Source: Lachnospiraceae bacterium (GTDB lineage Archaea; Thermoplasmatota; Thermoplasmata; Methanomassiliicoccales; Methanomethylophilaceae). Taken from it: a stretch of DNA of 64,000 bases. Shown here piece by piece: positions 59,861-64,000 of this stretch. Positions within the stretch are counted from its first letter, which is position 1. Every line of letters starts with the position of its first letter. The notes beneath the pieces were generated by a model. It worked only from the letters and a program-made list of their open reading frames with translations. It was not told the origin of the DNA and searched no databases. Made by a program: the position numbers and the translations under genes. Location of the stretch: NCBI GenBank assembly GCA_963645865.1, contig CAVIUM010000001.1, forward strand, positions 35,858 to 99,857, given 5' to 3'.

Positions 59861-60904
59861 TCGATCCATCCTGTATCTCAGGATCGCACCCATCCCGCCC
59901 AACGCGGCGAGGGACTTCCCCCCGTCATGCTGTCCGGAAACGACGATGACGTTGCCCTTCTGGGATTCGACCGCGCGCACCACATCGTCCAGATCCTGAT
60001 CCCTGACCTTCGAGTCGAGCAGCAGGAGAGTCTCCACAGCCCCCGACAGGGCGGCATCGCGCACCTCCGAGGTCCCGTACGTCCCGAGCCCGTTGGGCTT
60101 GGATATCTCGGACATCAGCTTCTCCACGGCCTCGATCTCCGTTCCGACGGCCGAATCCCTCAGGACATCGGCACCCATGCCCGCCTTGAGCAGCTCGTTG
60201 ATCCCGGCCATCCCGCACTGTCCCGTGTGGTAGACGTACATCTTCCCGAACAGATCCGGACGCATCCTCTTGAGGTCCTCGGACAGCGTCTCCTTCTCGA
60301 ATCCCGGGCCCAGGAGGACCAGCGGCATGTTGGGCTCCATCAGCGGTGCGAGCTTCTCCGCTATCTCGGCGTGGTACGAATCCGCCTGCGGCTTCTCCGC
60401 GTACTGCTTCCCGGACCTGCCGGAGCGGATGGTCACCACCTCCTTCAGGCCGTACTGCCTCAGGACCGCGACGGTCGCGTCGTCCTGGTCCAGGGACACG
60501 AACACGATCCTGGGCTTCTTGGAATCCGACACGGCCCTCCTGAGCCTCTCGAGCTGGGTCTCCCTCCAGTGCTCCTTGGAGATCGTCAGGGAATCCCCGT
60601 TCTCGAGGATCAGCGTGTGATGCTGTCCGATATCCTGCGGACCGGTCTCGATGGTTCCCAGGAGCTTCAGCCTGAGGTCGTCCTCCGAGAACTCGATCTT
60701 CTCCATGCGCACTCCGAGGGTCATCCTCTTCTTCTCCGCCCTCTCGGCGCGGAGCTTGTCGGCGGACTTCTCCTCGCGCCTGGTGGTGGAAGCTGTGACG
60801 AGATCCCCCACCTCGATGACGTTGTACAGGTGCCAGATGTCCTCATCGGTCTCTATGAGCACCTTTATCCCGCCGGACGAGGGATCCTCCCCGAGTATGC
60901 GCAT
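59861..60904 (-). CDS. pelA: Pelota ribosome rescue factor (CGA-terminated)
   Basis: EDIWHLYNVI..GD.V...TTR, GQHHTL, GPGFEK and LGGMGAILRYRMD followed by CGA 59861-63. Confidence 0.94.
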
Positions 60905-61058
60905 GGGACGGGTAGAAGCGCTCGCCTCTGATAATAGGAACGGGCGCCCGCGGGGTCCTGACACGGAGCATTTGTCCGACATCCGACAGGTCAATCTGAG
61001 GACTGTCCTGAGTCTGTCCAAGCTAATATATACGGTACCCGAATCTGAGAATTCCCCG

Positions 61059-62144
61059 ATGGCACGCGGTTATTTGGTCCTCGAGGACGGGACAGTGTTT
61101 GAAGGCGAACTCTTCGGCAGCGACAAGGTCGCGGACGGAGAGGTGGTTTTCGCCACCGGGATGAGCGGCTACCAGGAGAGTCTGACGGACCCCTCGTACC
61201 GCGGACAGATCCTCGTCATGACCTACCCCCTTATCGGCAACTACGGGATTAGCGACGAATTCTACCAGTCCGGAGGCGTCCACGTACGCGGACTGGTGGT
61301 CAGGGAGTACTGCTCCGAGCCCTCGCCCATGTACGGCGGGAGGACCCTCGACGACTTCCTGAAGCACTACGGCATCCCCGCGATATCGGGCATAGACACC
61401 CGCGAGCTCGTCATCAAGATACGCACCGGAGGAACCGTCAAGGGAGCCATCACCTCCGACGCGTCGGACCTGGACGGCGTCGCGAAGAGGCTCAGGGCGA
61501 TGCCCGCCCCCTCCGAGAGCAACCTGGTGGCCGAGGTCACCTGCAAGGGGATCACGAAGGAGGACACCGGCCACGAGATCACCGTCGGTATGATCGACTG
61601 CGGAGCCAAAGGCGGCATCCCCAGGGATCTGAAGGCGAGATTCAACCTGATCACCTTCCCCTACGACACCCCAGCCGACGTGATCGTCGAATCCGGCGTC
61701 AAGGGCGTGCTCATCTCCAACGGTCCCGGGGACCCGTCCCACCCGGACATCGCCAAGACCACCGTCAGGACGATCCAGGACCTCTCTTCGCAGATGCCCC
61801 TGTTCGGCATCTGCTTCGGCAGCCAGCTCATCGGCATCGCCATGGGCGGCTCCACCTACAAGCTCAAATTCGGGCACAGGGGCTGCAACCAGCCCGTCAA
61901 GTACGGCGACCGCGTCTACATCACATCGCAGAACCACGGGTTCGCCGTCGACGAGAACAGCCTCGAGGGAACGGGCCTCATCGTCGACCAGGTCAACGTC
62001 AACGACGGCTCCGTCGAGGGCGTCAGGCACAGGGACCTGCCCATATTCACTTCGCAGTACCACCCCGAGGCCTCCCCCGGCCCGTGGGACACATCGTTCC
62101 TGTTCGATAAATTCGGCAAGATGATCGAGGAGGGAAGGCTATGA
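61059..62144 (+). CDS. carA: Carbamoyl-phosphate synthase small subunit
   Basis: [40 protein letters not shown] and [10 protein letters not shown]. Confidence 0.97.
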   Translation: MARGYLVLEDGTVFEGELFGSDKVADGEVVFATGMSGYQESLTDPSYRGQILVMTYPLIGNYGISDEFYQSGGVHVRGLVVREYCSEPSPMYGGRTLDDFLKHYGIPAISGIDTRELVIKIRTGGTVKGAITSDASDLDGVAKRLRAMPAPSESNLVAEVTCKGITKEDTGHEITVGMIDCGAKGGIPRDLKARFNLITFPYDTPADVIVESGVKGVLISNGPGDPSHPDIAKTTVRTIQDLSSQMPLFGICFGSQLIGIAMGGSTYKLKFGHRGCNQPVKYGDRVYITSQNHGFAVDENSLEGTGLIVDQVNVNDGSVEGVRHRDLPIFTSQYHPEASPGPWDTSFLFDKFGKMIEEGRL

Positions 62145-64000
62145 GGAAGGATTACAGGAAGCTCCTGGTCATCGGATCCGGTCCCATCGTGATCGGACAG
62201 GCCGCCGAATTCGATTTCTCCGGTTCGCAGGCGTGCCGCTCGCTCCGCGAGGAGGGATACAAGACCGTCCTCGTGAACTCGAACCCCGCCACCATCCAGA
62301 CCGACCCGGACACCGCGGACAGCGTCTACATCGAGCCGCTCGACGCCAGGAACGTCGCCAAGATCATCGAGAAGGAGGGCGTCGACGGTGTCGTCTCCGG
62401 TATGGGCGGACAGACCGCGCTGAACATCTGCTCCGAGCTCGCCGATTCCGGGGAGCTCAAGAGACTGGGCGCCGAACTCGTCGGCACCCAGCCCGAGGCC
62501 ATCGCCATGTCCGAGGACAGGGAGCTGTTCAAGGAGACCATGGAGCGCATCGGGGAGCCCGTTCCCGTCTCCAGGAGCGTCAATACGATCGAGGAGGCCA
62601 AGGAGGCCGTCAGGATCATCGGGCGCTACCCCGTCCTCGTCAGGCCCGCCTACACGCTGGGAGGCACCGGCGGAGGGATCGCGTACAACGAGGAGGAGCT
62701 GGAGGACATCTGCGCCCGCGGACTCGCCTACTCCAGGATCCACCAGGTCCTGATCGAGGAGAGCGTCCTCGGATGGAAGGAGTACGAGTACGAGGTGATG
62801 AGGGACGCCAACGACAACTGCATCATCATCTGCAACATGGAGAACCTCGACGCCATGGGGATCCACACCGGGGAGAGCATAGTCGTCGCCCCGTGCCTCA
62901 CCCTGTCCGACAAGGACCATCAGCGCCTCAGGACGGCCGCGCTCAAGGTCATCCGCGCCCTCGGCATCGAGGGGGGATGCAACGTCCAGTTCGCATTCAA
63001 CCCCGCCAACGGCGACTACCGCCTGATCGAGGTCAACCCGAGGGTCTCCAGGTCATCGGCGCTCGCCTCCAAGGCGACGGGATACCCCATCGCCAGGGTC
63101 GCCACCAAGATCGCCGTCGGCTACACGCTCGACGAGATCCCCAACAACATCACCGGATCCACCTACGCCGCGTTCGAGCCCTCCATCGACTACGTGGTAG
63201 TGAAGATCCCCCGCTGGCCCTTCGACAAGTTCCGCACCGTGGACCGCCACCTCGGGACCCAGATGAAGAGCACCGGGGAGGTCATGGCCATCGGAAGGAC
63301 CTTCGAGGAGGCCCTGCTCAAGGGACTCCGCTCCCTGGAGATCGGCGTCAAGGGACTCGACAGGGTCGAGATGTCCGACGCCGAGATGGAGGACGAGCTG
63401 ATCCACGCCACCGACAAGCGCATCTTCGTGATCGCGGAGGCGCTCAGGAAGGGCTGGAGCGTCGAGAAGGTCGCGGACCTCGCCAAATGGGACACGTTCT
63501 ACGTGAAGAAGATCCGCAACATCGTCGAGATGGAGAAGCGCATCGCCGCCTCCCTCGACACCGACACCCTCCGCGACGCCAAGTTCATGGGATTCTCCGA
63601 CGAGACCATCGCGGAGATCCGCGGCACCGACTCCCTGGAGATCCGCGCGCTCCGCTCATCGCAGGGGATCAAGCCGGTCTACAAGATGGTCGATACCTGC
63701 GCCGCCGAGTTCGCGGCCAAAACGCCCTACTTCTACAGCACGTACGGCAGGATGACCGAGATCACCCCCGAGGACGACAAGAAGAAGGTCGTTCTCATCG
63801 GGGCCGGCCCCATCAGGATCGGACAGGGCATCGAGTTCGACTACTGCTGCGTCCACGGTGTCATGGCGCTGCAGGAGGAGGGCGTCGATGCGGTCATCAT
63901 CAACAACAATCCCGAGACCGTGTCCACGGACTACGATATCTCCGATCGCCTCTACTTCGAGCCCCTGACCCTCGGGAACGTCCTGAACGTCATCGAGGCC
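62141..64000 (+). CDS. carB: Carbamoyl-phosphate synthase large subunit (runs off the window end)
   Basis: Not in the ORF track. Read by hand: [71 protein letters not shown] and [13 protein letters not shown] overlap with carA. Confidence 0.97.
   Translation, partial: MRKDYRKLLVIGSGPIVIGQAAEFDFSGSQACRSLREEGYKTVLVNSNPATIQTDPDTADSVYIEPLDARNVAKIIEKEGVDGVVSGMGGQTALNICSELADSGELKRLGAELVGTQPEAIAMSEDRELFKETMERIGEPVPVSRSVNTIEEAKEAVRIIGRYPVLVRPAYTLGGTGGGIAYNEEELEDICARGLAYSRIHQVLIEESVLGWKEYEYEVMRDANDNCIIICNMENLDAMGIHTGESIVVAPCLTLSDKDHQRLRTAALKVIRALGIEGGCNVQFAFNPANGDYRLIEVNPRVSRSSALASKATGYPIARVATKIAVGYTLDEIPNNITGSTYAAFEPSIDYVVVKIPRWPFDKFRTVDRHLGTQMKSTGEVMAIGRTFEEALLKGLRSLEIGVKGLDRVEMSDAEMEDELIHATDKRIFVIAEALRKGWSVEKVADLAKWDTFYVKKIRNIVEMEKRIAASLDTDTLRDAKFMGFSDETIAEIRGTDSLEIRALRSSQGIKPVYKMVDTCAAEFAAKTPYFYSTYGRMTEITPEDDKKKVVLIGAGPIRIGQGIEFDYCCVHGVMALQEEGVDAVIINNNPETVSTDYDISDRLYFEPLTLGNVLNVIEA

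Noticed and set aside
11092..59863. Random T-to-C sequencing error or independent stop-loss mutations as the explanation for the CGA ends
   Set aside because: It would need roughly a fifth of stops to be hit by the same change while conserved proteins stay intact, and the sites share no flanking motif. Disfavoured, but not excluded without raw reads.
1..64000. tRNA/rRNA genes and in-frame TAG (pyrrolysine) genes
   Set aside because: None recognised by eye in the intergenic gaps or ORFs; a tRNAscan-SE or Infernal run would be needed to exclude small RNAs.

Overview
GC-rich (about 60% by eye) archaeal chromosomal segment, most likely Methanomassiliicoccales/Methanomethylophilaceae. That assignment is inferred from the thermosome, NreA, XPD, pelota, an aSelBL-like factor, many Sel1/TPR genes, a dockerin-bearing ABC binding protein and the absence of TAG stops. 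I call about 59 CDS: Trk K+ uptake, hisD-ppk-ppx, nreA plus a radical SAM, thermosome, a tandem serine-recombinase pair, a lower-GC patch (HipA-like kinase, tnpB remnant, AT-rich repeat-bearing spacer), Sel1/TPR and transporter clusters, two helicases, paaK, a degenerate homocitrate-synthase homologue, pelota and carAB. Main observation: CGA appears to act as a STOP codon. In 13 of the 57 genes whose 3' end lies in the window, the first in-frame CGA I found falls at or near the expected end of the protein. Examples are directly after the NreA PIP box, after the pelota LRY terminus, and in a CGATG stop/start overlap. In several of these genes the standard-code ORF runs on for tens to hundreds of codons through neighbouring genes. 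I found no internal CGA in the genes I hand-checked, whereas CGG, CGC, CGT, AGG and AGA are all used. My manual stop tally is TGA 41, CGA 13, TAA 3, TAG 0. Feature coordinates use the CGA-terminated ends where applicable.
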